A DNA stretch of 64,000 nt from Balamuthia mandrillaris (taxonomy: Eukaryota). The stretch covers positions 186,001 through 250,000 of the forward strand of contig JAVKOQ020000009.1 of the NCBI GenBank assembly GCA_031835245.2. Direction: 5' to 3'. The notes beneath the pieces were generated by a model. The model did no database searches and had not been told where the DNA came from. It worked only from the letters and a program-made list of their open reading frames with translations. Positions 31,485 through 48,513 of this stretch are shown in pieces. Within the stretch, counting starts at the first letter, position 1, and each line of letters begins with the position of its first letter. The position numbers and the translations under genes were made by a program.

Positions 31485-33852
31485 TCAGTAGGCAGAAGCT
31501 TGAAGGATCTCCACATAGTTGGAAGGATACTTCCCATATTCTCCTTTTTGGTTGGTGCCATAGTACCATCCTTCGTCGTCCTCGTCCTCCACCGTGATGA
31601 TGTCGCCGGGTTGGATGGTCAGCTCCCCTTCTTCCTCCGCGTTGTAGGCGAACAGGGCCTGTTATTGCCGAAAACGCAGAGAGAAGGGAGGAGAGAGAAA
31701 TAAGAGAGAACAGCATCAGCAAGAGAAAGAGAGAGAGAGAGAAAGAGAGAAGAGAGATAGGGTACGCACCCGACACTGATCAAATGTTCCTTCATCATAG
31801 GTCTCCTCCGCAGCGGCAGCTTGACCACCACCAACAGGACCACTTCCACCAGCAACCACCTCCACGTGATTGCTAGGAAAGACTCCAACGCGACCGTTGA
31901 GCTCGCCCTCCCACCAGCCGCTGTCATCCTGATAAGTCACATGAATGATCTCACCGGGTTCGAAACTCAGCTCTGTCTCTTCCGTCGCAACATACTTGTA
32001 CAAAGCTTTGACCGTTGTTCCACTGGTGTCAGTATCATTCGTGGTGGTAGCAGGGGCGGAAGCAGCGGAAGCAGAAGGTTTGGCTGAGGGTGGCGGTCTT
32101 GAGGGAGGTAGCGAGGCTATGACGGAGGATAGTTGACTTCTGGCAGGAGCGGGCGTGCTGCTGGCTCCTCGGAAGGAGGCAGCAGGACTGCTGTTGCCGG
32201 AAGAAGGAGCAGAAGAGGCGGAAGGAAAAGCAACGCTGCTCCCACCAGCAAACTTGGGGCCAGAAGAGGAGCTAGCGCCCAGGCTGATGATGGATGGACC
32301 ACTGCTGGTGCTGCCGCCGCTGCCGCTATCATCGGCAGGTTTGCAAGCTCCCAAAGCGGAGTCGTAGGGTTGGTACTGGCAGCGAGGAGGCTTGGGCTTG
32401 TTGGTCTTGTGCGAGGCAATGAAGGAGGCAACATCCGCGTTGGGATCGATGGCCTGCACGCTGGACTCCATGCGTTCACAGCAAACTTTTACCAAAGGGT
32501 GTACGATGGAATCGGCGGCCACCGAATTGGCCAATGTGTGCTTCAGCACGTCTAACCTCTTGTGTTCTATTGCCTCCAAATCCTACAAAGGTTTTTTTAA
32601 TATTCACGAAGATAGCAGATGGCTTGAATGTACGTTTCCAAAACAAACGGCTGAACAAAGGAGAATAACGGGAATGTACATAGTGAAGAGAAGAAGACAA
32701 CACGGAATAGACCATGACGGAGGGAAAACAAAGAGTCAAACTGCTAAAAACGTACCCTCAGTATTTGAGGCATCTCAGTGTCATAAAACTTGGTTTCGAG
32801 CTGCTGCAGTTTTTCAACACTTTGCTTGTATTCAATGTCCGCCTTTTCTGCCATCTTCGTTTCTGCGGTCAGTTTTTTCTGCATTTTGGATGAGGCGTCA
32901 CTCTTCGCCTCAGCACTAAGCGCGTCTTGCTTCTTTCTCGAGGCTTCGAACTTCAATTTTGCCTGCAGTTGGAAAGCCAAAATAGAACAACAGAAAAGAA
33001 AGAGGAAGAAGTACAAGAATGAGAACAAACACAAACGAGAACAACAAAACAAGAACCGAAAATACCTTCTCAACTCCTACTTGTGCACGTTGCAACTCTC
33101 CTTCGAGCTTCTTCCCTTGTGCTTTCAGCTGATTAAACAAATAAAAGATATCCATGTCAGTAACTTGCGAAGCGGAGAGAGAGGAAAGGAGAGAGGAGAT
33201 AGAGAGAAAGAGAGAATTACGCTTTTGCGTTGCTGCTCAGAGTCTGTAATCCATTGTTTGATGGTGTCCGCAACCTCGGTCTGGAGGCGATCCCCCAAAT
33301 CCTGGTGCGCTTTGCTAATGTTCTCCGTTTCCGCCTGCATAGAAACCCACGCTTGCGCCAAGGTGCTGCAAAACAGAGCGAGCGAGCGAGCGAGAGAGAG
33401 AGAAACGAGGTAAGAGAAGGAAGAAGACAAAGACACGCACAGAAAGGAAGACACGAAAGAAAGGAAGAAAAAAAACGAAGCCGATCGAAGACAAACGAAT
33501 AAAAGGGAGAACGCCAAACACCAAAGAAACATAAATAAAACGGCCTCAAAAAATAATTGACAAAAAAAAAGCAAAGGCCTAACAGCATACCCAGCATCGG
33601 TTGCTTTGGTGGATCTGAGGAGCGAGGACAGCTTCTTGGCATAGTCCCGCTCTATCTCGGCTCTCTTCTTGACAAAGGTTTCCACCTCCTTCGCGAAGCG
33701 CTTCCCCTCCGTTGCCTTGGTGGCCACTGCCTCGAAATCGTCCTGATAACAGCGTTTGAACGGGATGATGAGCCCAAGAAGAAAAAAAAATGAAAAACGA
33801 TTTAAGGAGGAGAGAAGAGACTTCTTACCCAAAGATCGTCAGCGAATCCCAT
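31485..33852 (-). CDS. F-BAR domain protein with two C-terminal SH3 domains
   Basis: MGFADDLW|DDFEAV..FVKKRAEIERDYAKKL (FCH), coiled coil, SH3-1 ALYKYVA..ELSF..SGWWEGELNGRVGVFPSNHV and SH3-2 ALFAYNA..ELTI..GWYYG..GKYPSNYV. Confidence 0.9.
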
Positions 33853-34179
33853 TTCCCCAGCAGGACCGAAACTTTTTGTTAAAAAAATACAATAAAATAA
33901 AATAACAAAAAAAAAGGCTTTGAAGATGAAATACAAAAAAAGTAGCAACGGTTCTCTCTCTCCTTTAATCTCTCTTGGTCTTTGATCTCTTCTTCTTCTT
34001 TGTGGATTTTTATTATTATTATTTGGGTGGTTGTCAAATATATCCGAAAATTATTGCCTGGTGCCTAACCTCGATTTTTTATCCTATTTAGCGATAATTT
34101 TTCGTTCGGTTGTCGACATGAATTTCTTTTTTGATTTTGTAGTTCATGACCACCCCGAAATACCGACAATCCATCAACT

Positions 34180-34252
34180 TCCTCTGTAGCTTAGTCGGTA
34201 GAGCGTCTGACTGTTAATCAGGAGGTCGTTGGTTCGAGCCCAACCAGAGGAG
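34180..34252 (+). tRNA. tRNA-Asn (GTT)
   Basis: Acceptor stem TCCTCTG/CAGAGGA with discriminator G; D arm GCTT..GAGC; anticodon arm CTGA-CT GTT AA-TCAG; T arm GTTGG TTCGAGC CCAAC; downstream T run (Pol III terminator); no encoded CCA. Confidence 0.97.
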
Positions 34253-34482
34253 ATTTCTTTTTTTTGGAACATTTGCCTTTCCACGCAGCATCAGCTGGCG
34301 CCGTTACTTTCTGTGAATGCAGTGTCATGACTGTGCCGGCAAAGAGGTTTATGATTATTTCTTTATTTATTCGTTTCATTTTTTTTTTTGTGTGAAACCG
34401 GTAAAAACAGAAAGCTTATCGTAGCACCTTCTGCTTGTTCTTCGTCTTCTTTCTTTCTTTCTTTCTTGTGGGTCATCATCGA

Positions 34483-35901
34483 ATGGGTGCCAAAGGGTCG
34501 CGGTTGGGTGGGCCTGGCGGTGGGACCGCCGGCGGCGGGGCGGGGGCGGACCTGGAGGCCCTGTGCAAGGCCTACGAGGAGGTCCACCAGACCAACTACG
34601 CTGGGGACGGCCGAAAATGCCTGCAGCTGCTGGAGCGCAGGTTCGAGGAGCTCATCAAAGCCAAGGAGGGGAGGGAGGCGCTGCTCTCCTTGTCGCAGGC
34701 GCCCTTGCTGGAGATCCTGAAGCGGGACACGTTGGCGGTGAGCAACGAGTTCTCCCTGTTCCTGCTGGTGGGCGCCTGGGCCCACCGCCGCGCGGTCAAG
34801 CGGCTGGAAGAGCTGGAGAGAAAGCGGGAGGAGGACCGGAGGAAGCAACGCACCGTTAGGATCGCCAGCAAAACGGCCGTCCTCTCCATCAAGTCCGAGC
34901 AAAAAGGAGGCGAGGAGGCGGCCAAGAACGAAGAGAAGCAAGGAGAGGACAAGAAGGGACAGCAACAACCACCACAAGAAGCGGACCAGACCAATAACCT
35001 CGCCGTGGACAAGCCCAAAATCGATCTTCGGGGATCGGCCGCTTTGTTCCAGCAGCTCAGTCATGGCGTCTCCAAACTGTTGGACGCCTTCGAGGAGGTT
35101 TACAGCGACGAGGAGGAAATGGGAGATGACGAGGACGACGAGGACGACGAGTACGGAGAGGAAGCCATCCTCAAGAAATTGGCGGCGATGGAGAAGGAAG
35201 AAGAGGCAGAGAAGAGAAAGCAGGAACAGGAAGAGGATGACGCTGCGGATGCGGAGGAGCTGGAAAAGGAAGAGGCGGAGCTGGCCCAGCGGTTTGGGCA
35301 GCGTAAGATGAACCTCAGGGGCACCGCCGGACTGTTTGCGCAGATGAAGGCCGGTGTTTCCAAAGTAAGTTGTTTTTATTCTTGCTTGTTTGTTGTTGGT
35401 TGGTTCGACTTCAGCACCTTTACTTACCACGCATATGGTGTAACTCTAAGGACACCGAGACCAAGCAGACGAGCGGGAGCACTGCCAAGACGGCAGCGAG
35501 GAAGGACAAAGGCAAAGAGAAAGTGGACGTCACAACAAAGGACAGCGCCGCAAAAGAAAAGGAGAAAGAGACAGAGACCGAGAAGGATGGAGAGGAGAGC
35601 GAAGATGATGACGAGGGAGAGGATGCTAGAGCCAAGTATGAGCGTGCCGTGGCTGAGCAGAAACGCAAGCAAGAAGAAGAGTGGGAGGAAAAGAAGAAGC
35701 AGCTGGCCGAAAAGTTGGAACGTGACAGAGAACAAGAAGAAATGAAGAACAAGATCAACGCTCGTGCAGCCAGAAGCGATAGCTCCGATTCAGAGTCCTC
35801 GGATTACTCATCCGAGTCGGAGTCGGATTCAGACTATTCTACCAAGAATGCTGCTCCAAAACGTATATTCTTTTCCTCTTTCCCTACCTTCTTCCTCTCA
35901 G

Positions 35902-35981
<80 letters not shown>

Positions 35982-36890
35982 TTGGTGGTTTGATTTTCTC
36001 TGACCATAGACCTTTCCAGAAGCTGTCAAGGAGGAAGAAGAGAAGCCAATAGATCCTGCCATAGAAAAATGGCTCAGCGACCCGGACTACCTCCCACTGT
36101 TACGCGAGTACATGCTCCCCTTCCTGGAACACATTCGCTTTGGCATGATGACACAACCGCAACTCAGCCTCATCGACTCCATTGCCGATTTTGTTCCTCA
36201 GGAGCTATTGACTGAGGTAATGAACCTAGTTTCCTCCTCTCTTCCTCTTTCTCCTCCTGTTAATGCTAGAGTCATTTTGTTTGTGGTTTTTTCCAGGCAT
36301 TCAGGTATAGAGCGTTGATGAACGACCCTCAGCGTCACAAAAAGCTCATCAGTCTCAATGAACCGCGGCTTCGTAGTCGTATGTATGGGGCCGTCAAGTG
36401 GAACTCCAGGTGGCACAACAAGCGTGTTACTATAAACCCTTCCTTGCTCATAGCTACCCAACAGCATTATGTTTACTCTCTCGCTGTTGGCAGCCCGGGC
36501 TTCTCGTATGCTACTTCTCACTCCCTTCTCTCTTCTCTTTCCAGGTTTCATGCATCTTTAACCCCAAAACGAAAAAACAATATAGCTCTGGAGTTCATGC
36601 CTGGTCAGTAAAGGTGGAGGCCCAAGAGATGTATGTTGGCGTTTGTAGACGCGGCGCGAAGAGCAATCGGTACCTCGGCACCGACAAGTATGGTTGGGGT
36701 TGGAATCAGTACAGCTACCGCTACCACAACAACTACAGGACGGGCCAAACGGGTCCCTATGGCTCCAATTATGTGTCGGGCGACTCTATCGGCGTTCTTC
36801 TCGACATGGACAAAAGACAGCTCACCTTTTTCCTCAATGGCACGTCTCAGGGAGTCGCCTTCAGCAATCTTCCCAAGACCAAACTGTGCG

Positions 36891-36939
<49 letters not shown>

Positions 36940-37064
36940 CTAGATCTTCTCCTATACTCGGTGTCCATGCGTCTAACAAAAGGTCGGCGGTGATAAACAG
37001 GTACCCTGCCGTGACGTTCAGGTATGGTAACATGACGCTAGGTCCTCCGGACTTTGATTTCTGA
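34483..37064 (+). CDS. BACK-like + SPRY domain protein (possible ubiquitin-ligase adaptor)
   Basis: MGAKGS myristoylation-like start; BACK-like halves LLEILKRDTLAVSNEFSLFLLVGAW and PFLEHIRFGMM; SPRY GVHAWSVKV..MYVGV..YLGTDKYGWG..GDSIGVLLDMDKRQLTFFLNG..QGVAF..YPAV. Confidence 0.78.
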
Positions 37065-37139
37065 GAAGAAGCAACACATTTCAATACAATCTGTTTTGTA
37101 CGTTATTTTGTGAGAAATTAGTTGTTTGTTAAAATAAAT

Positions 37140-37178
<39 letters not shown>

Positions 37179-37210
37179 TGGCGCGAAATTGAACGAATGA
37201 ACTCGCATTC

Positions 37211-38871
37211 TTATCTCCGAGAAATGGTGGCAAGGAGGGCGGCTGAAGGAGAGGCTAGGCCAACCCACTGCACGAACTTGGGGTCTGGCAGCTCTTCGTT
37301 CCTTCCGCTTAGCTCCACCTTATATTCTCGAAGTAGCAGTCCGATGCATGCTTTACTGACTGCAAGGGTATAGCCCGCTCCTTTTTGTTTGTCGTGTTTT
37401 TTTTTGTTAGATAAGCGAAGAACATGGGTAGGTATATTTAAAGGTACTGTAATACCTTTGCAGGCATGAGGGCCAAAGCCAAAGTAAGTAAATTGGTTGC
37501 CATAGGGAGAAGCGCCTCTAGCGGGGTCGAAACGTTCTGGATAAAAGCGTTCTGGTTGTGGATAAATATTTCTTTGTGACAGAGTAATAAAGGGCAAAAT
37601 GAGACATTGTTCAACACAAGAGGAAGCGAAATGGACATAAAGAAGGGCACAACAGGAGAGAGAGTAAGAGAGTGAAAGAGAGTACGTACTTGTCTTGGTG
37701 ATGGATGTAAGGGGTAACCAAGACATAGGAGTCCTTAGCAATAGTGGCCAGGTCAACCCGGAATGGCTTGATGACCTTTCGTGGATAGACCGTAAGACTT
37801 GAGTAGGATCTGATGACTTCTTTTATGCATTGTTCCAAATAAATAAATTCTTCTGGCTGTGCTTCTTGTTCCTCCAATGCCTTTTGCCTGTTTTCGAAGG
37901 TGTTGTGAGGTGTTTCATATTTAGCACGCTTCATTTAGTGGCGGAAACAAGAGGTCAAACACATGAAAAGAGCCGTACAGTGGTTGCTTATTTTTGGGCA
38001 AGAAAAGAGACGCCGCAAGCCAAGTCAAAAGGTTAGCCAGATTGTGGTGGGAGGTTATGAACAGAGAGATTTGGACGTCCAGAATGGCTTCGGTAGATGC
38101 CCCTGAATTTATCAGCAGCTGCAACAGATCTGCTGTTAAGCATTTCGCCCAAGTTCTCAATCTCAGTATGTGGCGAAGGAGAAGAAGAGAAGAGAGATGA
38201 GAGAGAATGGGCAAACCATCTTCAGCAGGCTGGTTGTTTCGTCGTTGTTGCAGCTCAGCCTCAAGCATGTCATGAAGAGCAGCCCTGGTTCGCTTGCAGC
38301 GCTGCATGGCAGGGGAAGGCAGGCCGGGCAGCAACAGAGCCGACCACGAGCCGGCGTTCTGCTGCAGCTGCACCATCAGCCGCGTCCAGTGGTGGCCTTT
38401 GCTCCTGCCAAAGCTCTCTCCCATAAAGTTAGCAACGTTGATGTCGGCGGCCAATCCCTCCAACCCCGCGTGGAGGTCTTGGAGAGGTTTCTGCTGTTGG
38501 CTCCACTCTTCGAACCTGCTTCGAGCGAGCCGCAAAGCGTTTTGTGTCCACCTCTCCATCATGGAAGAAGCCGATGCAGAGAAAGCGAGCACCAACAGTC
38601 GATGACATTCTTGCAGGCGAGAGAGAGGAGGGGCTGAGGAAGACGAGGAGAGCAACGGCCGGACCAGCGGCTGCATTGCTTGGAAGAAGCTGATCTCATT
38701 CTCCTCTGACTCGAAAAAGATGCGATAGTAGCGGCCGCCCCGTCCGCCACCGCCGGTGCTCCCCGTGTCGATGAGGACCGTGGCATCCACCAACAACAAG
38801 TTGACGCGGAACACGGGTCCAAACTAAGCAGTCAAGGAAAAGGAAACCATCATCAGAGTGAGTTGATGAAA

Positions 38872-38902
<31 letters not shown>

Positions 38903-39172
38903 CGTTATCGTAGGCCCAGTTCAAGAAATCGTTGGCATCCCACCAGAAGGACAGAGCAGGTCCCACAAAGGGCAACCTCGTGTAGACGCGAGGAGGAGCG
39001 CCTTCGTAGTCCGGCTTTGGGCCAAACTACGTCGTCGTTGTGTGTTAACATTACACCACAAAAGTTTTGTTTTTTTAAAAAAAAGGTAATCAGAGGCAAC
39101 CTTTTTCCAGATGGCAAGGACAACCAGCGCAAAGACCGCCACCAACGAGCCCGCCGCCCACCACCACTCCAT
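37211..39172 (-). CDS. Cytochrome P450 (CYP51/CYP7-clan-like, atypical I-helix)
   Basis: N-terminal TM anchor; PPRVYTRLPFVGPAL hinge; K-helix EVIR (ExxR); PERF; heme motif FGFGPHACKG. Confidence 0.9.
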
Positions 39173-39224
39173 CTCTCCTTCTTTCTTTTCCCCTTTCTTT
39201 GTGTGCCTGCACCCCAGCCCAAAA

Positions 39225-39293
39225 GGTTGGGGTCTTGCTAGGTTGGGGTCTTTCTAGGTTAGGGTCTTTCTAGGTTAGGGTCTTTTTAGGGTC
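39225..39293 (+). repeat. Four tandem 16-bp repeats GGTTRGGGTCTT(T/G)(C/T)TA containing TTAGGG/TTGGGG
   Basis: Units start at 39225, 39241, 39257 and 39273. Confidence 0.9.
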
Positions 39294-39559
39294 AGCGGCA
39301 GATTGATCTGAAAACCCTCCAATCAACAATCAATCTTTACCTCATCTCTGATCTCCTTATTGGACGCTCTGGCCGGGTCTTCTCTACCGCCACGAAAACT
39401 GTTTCGGCCTTGGACACCTTTTGGTGTACCTTCGATGACCTTGGTCAGCTGGTTTTTTTTCCAAACTCTGCTGTACTCCAACTTTTGAGGGAATCTCTGT
39501 GGTTTGCTTTACAGCAGAGCACTATCTCCTTTATTGTATGTGGTAGAATCCTCCTAGTT

Positions 39560-44406
<4,847 letters not shown>

Positions 44407-44582
44407 TTCTTCGTTTTTTATTTGTCGTTTTTTTTTTGGTGTTATAATAATTTTTTCAAGTTTTCCTCAAACTTTCGATTTTCTGCCTACAGAATTTCAT
44501 TAAATGTAGACTAATTTTGTCGACCCTCATTTTTTGTAGACAAAGTAATTTTTTTTGGCTGTAAAGTATTCATGGAGTCATG

Positions 44583-47500
44583 TCAGGGGCTTTGGAGGAG
44601 GAGCTTGCGGAAGAGGCTGCGCTCATCGCTCATGAGGTCGGAGGGGGCGCCGTCTTCCACGATCTGCCCAGCGTTCATGACCAACAGCCTATCCAGGTCG
44701 TTGAGAGTGTTGAGGCGATGAGCAATCACCACCGTGGTTCGTCCCACCATCAACCGATTCAAAGCCTTTTTGGTTTTAGACATCGTCAACGCAGTGTTAG
44801 ATATTTTAAAAAAATTCGCTTCGAGAAAGAACGGTCTGTTGCATTTAGTACCTCTTGCACCAGGCGCTCGCTATGACTGTCCAAAGCGGAGGTAGCCTCG
44901 TCCAACAGCAGTATCTTTGGGTTCTTGAGAATGGCCCGAGCGATGCAGATGCGCTGCCTCTGACCGCCAGAGAAGGTGACGCCCTTTTGCCCAACAGAAG
45001 TGTCGTACTGAGCGGGCAGGCTCTCTATGAAGCTGTGTATGTTGGCCTGCTTGGCGGCTTCTTTCACTTCTTCCATCGTTGCATCTGGGCGTCCTGTTTT
45101 TTTTTAAGGATTAAATTGTTAGTTGTCAATTGCACCAGAGGGCATCATGCTGGCAAGGATAGAGAAACAATCAAAAGGTTGTAATAACGGACCGTAACGA
45201 ATGTTATCGGCGATGGTCCCAGAAAATAGTTGGTTGTTCTGCATTACTACTCCCTATAACACGGAGCAGGGGACAAGAGTTTCAGTATAAAGAGAGGGAG
45301 AGAAAGAGAGAACGTACCACATGATTACGGAACCACTTAATGTCCAAATGTTCAAGATCATAACCATCAATCAACACTCTTCCTTGTTGCACCGAGTAGA
45401 ACCGCAAAAGAAGGGAGATGAGTGTGGACTTGCCACAGCCAGTTCTTCCCACTATGCCAAGGCTAGTCCCGGCTGGAATAGTGAAGGAGATGTTGGAGAG
45501 AACGCGAACGCCCTTTCTGGTAGGATAGCTGAATCGTACATCCTGAAACTCGACCACGCCTTTGAACTCGTGGTCGGGAATGCGAATCTTGTCTTGTTGC
45601 TTCAGCATCGTCGGCGAAGAGGAAGAGGAAAGAGAGCTGAAAGAGAAAGGAGAAGGAGAAGATGGCCTTGCATCGACGGCCAATCTGCCTACAAGCTCTT
45701 CCTCGCTTTCGTCCTCGTTCTCATTTTCATTTTCGCTCGAGGATAAACTATTGTTGTTGCTGTTGGTGTATTCCACATCGTCCTCTTCGTCCTCTTCGTC
45801 TTTTACGCCCTTCTTTTCATTGAGGTTGGTACTGCTACTATTACGGCTACGCGAGAGACCATTGGTGGCAGCAGCAACGGCTTGTGGCGATGTTATTTCT
45901 GTCTCTGAGGAGAACAGACCGTCACCAATAGATGAGGGAGAGGAAGAAGTGAGCAACGTGTGTTTAGGCTTTCTATCCAGCAGATGAAACATCCTCTTGC
46001 CAGCCCCGACACCTTTTGCCAATTGGCTGATGGTCTGCGGAAGATAGCCAACATATAGGACCACGTCCGTTGCGAACAGCACGTAGGAAAGCATTTCGCT
46101 CGTCAGTAGATCACCAGAACCCACCAACTTGCCTGCGTACCATACGCAACCAACCTTTGTATTTATTGTTTTGAGTATGTTCATTAGCCATGGTTCCAAA
46201 ACATAAACACTAACAAGCAAACAAGCCATATACGATACCATAGATCCATTCATGATAAACCAGGTCAACGTCTCAAACATGCCATTCATAAGGGCAAGCC
46301 TTTGCTTCAGCTCGAAGACAAGGTTCAGAGCCATGCGATACTTGTCCTTGTGGTAGTCTTCTCGGCAGCAGGCATGCACCAAGCGGATGTTGCTCAGCGT
46401 TTCTTCTGCTCGATCGGTGGCCTTTGCCGCTGCCTCTAACTCCTGTTCAGTGTAGGCGCTGCCAAACTTGGACTGCAAGCCCATCGCAACGCCCATGATT
46501 GGACTGCTGCATAGCAGCACCACCGTTAGTTTCCAGGAGAGACTCAACAGGAAAAGTACACCTCCAAGTATTGTCAACAGACTCATTATCAACTCTGCTA
46601 TTTGCTATTTGTTGTTTGTGAGTTTGGTAGTTATTATCTTCACGGTTAGAATTCTAACAACACTTGAGAGAGAGAGAGAGAGAGAGAGTAAGAGAGAGAA
46701 GCATACAGAGCTGATGGCGTCTTTGATTGTGTCTGTATCGGTGTTCAACCGACTGATGAGATCACCAATGCCTCTCTTGTCAAAGAAACCAACCTCCTTT
46801 GGAATAATAACAACGCAAATTTAAATGAATTGAATGTTAACGAAGAACGCAACAGAGGAGAAGAATAAAACAGAGACGAGAGAGAGAGAGAGAAAGGGAG
46901 AAAGAGAAAGTGAAGATAAAGAAAGACGGCAAAACCTGTTTCAAAAGGGAGTCAAGGACAGAGGTCTTGAGGCGCACAGAAAAATGCTCCGCTGCAATTG
47001 AGAACAGGCTGACCTTGATGCCATAGAAGAGGGCGTGAGAGGCCAAAATGAGCAGCAAAAGCAAGCAATAGCGGTCAAAAGAGGTGTTCTCCCGAGATGG
47101 CAGAAAGAGAGAGGGAAGTGAGCCCGTCGGAATGGCTGATGCCAAGTCCGCCACTGCTGCCGCTGTTAAGGTACGTTAGTTTAGTCGTTCAACAAAGAAC
47201 AAAAATAAGAGAAAGAAGAAGAACGAAGAAGAAGAAGAAGAAGAAGAACGAAGAAGAACAAGAAGAAGAAGAACGAAGAAGAAGAAGAACGAGTAAAAGG
47301 ACAAGAAGAAGAAGAAGAAGAAGAAGAACGAAGAAGAAGAAGAAGAAGAAGAACAACAACAACAACAAGAAGAAGAAGAAGAACGAGTAAAAGGACAAGA
47401 ACAACACCAACGAGAGAAAACAAAACGAACGAAACGAAAAGAAAATGAGAAAGAAGGGAGAAGTACCTGAAAAAGAGGAGGAGGGATCATAGGAAGAAGA

Positions 47501-48064
47501 AGTGGAGTTGATAGAAGGATAAGATGACGAAAGAGTGGTGTTGTGATGTGGGCTGTGGTGGAGGTTAGGGGAGGCGGTGATGACGCCCACGATGGTGCCT
47601 ATGTAGAGGTTGGAGAGGATGTTCATCAGGGCCACCGTGATGGAGGCCACCGTTGCAAACGCCATCAGCCTCAGCTCAGGTCGTAGCAGCCAGCACAACC
47701 GAAGCAACAGCCTCAGGGAGGAGACAACCTCCCTCCCCTTGTTTGATTTCTGCTTCTTCCTCTTCTTCTCTTTTTGCTCCGTCTTTTGTGGTTTGTTGTG
47801 GGGAGAGGGTGCAAGCTTTGTTCCTCCCTCCTGGCCTTCCTCCTCCTCTCTTGCTGCTGGCTCCTTCTTCCTTGGAGGGGTGACCACCACGCAGTCCCCC
47901 AGGTCCTTGCCAGCCTTGGCCCTTCTCCTGTTCTGCCTCTTCTTCCTGTTCCGCAGGGCCTTGCGGTCCTCCAACGACTGTGCTTGCGAGGAGGTGGTCG
48001 TGAGGACGGTCATGGCGGCTGAAGAAGACGGGAGTATAGCAGCGCTTCCACAAACGCTCATCAT
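44583..48064 (-). CDS. ABCB-type half transporter (TMD + NBD; ABCB10/ABCB8-like)
   Basis: [33 protein letters not shown], Walker [10 protein letters not shown], signature FSGGQRQR, Walker [18 protein letters not shown]. The start codon is uncertain. Confidence 0.92.
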
Positions 48065-48513
48065 TCCCCCCAAGAGAGAATATAGAATGCTGAAGAAGAT
48101 AGAAGAAGGAAAGAAGAACGAAAGGAGAAATTATTTTTTGTTGTTTTTTTCTTCTCTTTCTTTTTTGTTGTTTTGATTTGTTCGACGGGGAGCTCTTTTT
48201 ATGGAAAATATGCCCTTTTTTGCAGGCCGATCAAAAAGGAAGAAGGGTAATTCTTCATGACGTCCTGATAGATATTATCTTAATTTTCCGTTGTGATAGT
48301 TTTCGTCGACATGTGCTTACGTCACTCTATCTGTTGCCAGGAAACATAATTAGAGTATATTATGTCGACACTGATCTGATGCTGACGTCACTTGCAAGAT
48401 CTCAGCTGTTCTTTGCTAGGAGAAGGCAAGAAGCTTGCTTCACCTTGGACCTCAGTGGCGCGTCTTCTTCTTCTTTGTCAGTTTGTTTGTTTTATAGGTT
48501 GTTTTTTTGATGG

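Noticed and set aside
34363..35430. 355-aa antisense ORF opposite the BACK-SPRY gene, and similar antisense ORFs opposite the WD40 and TBC genes
   Set aside because: Shadow ORFs of GC-rich, charged coding sequence with no recognisable motifs.
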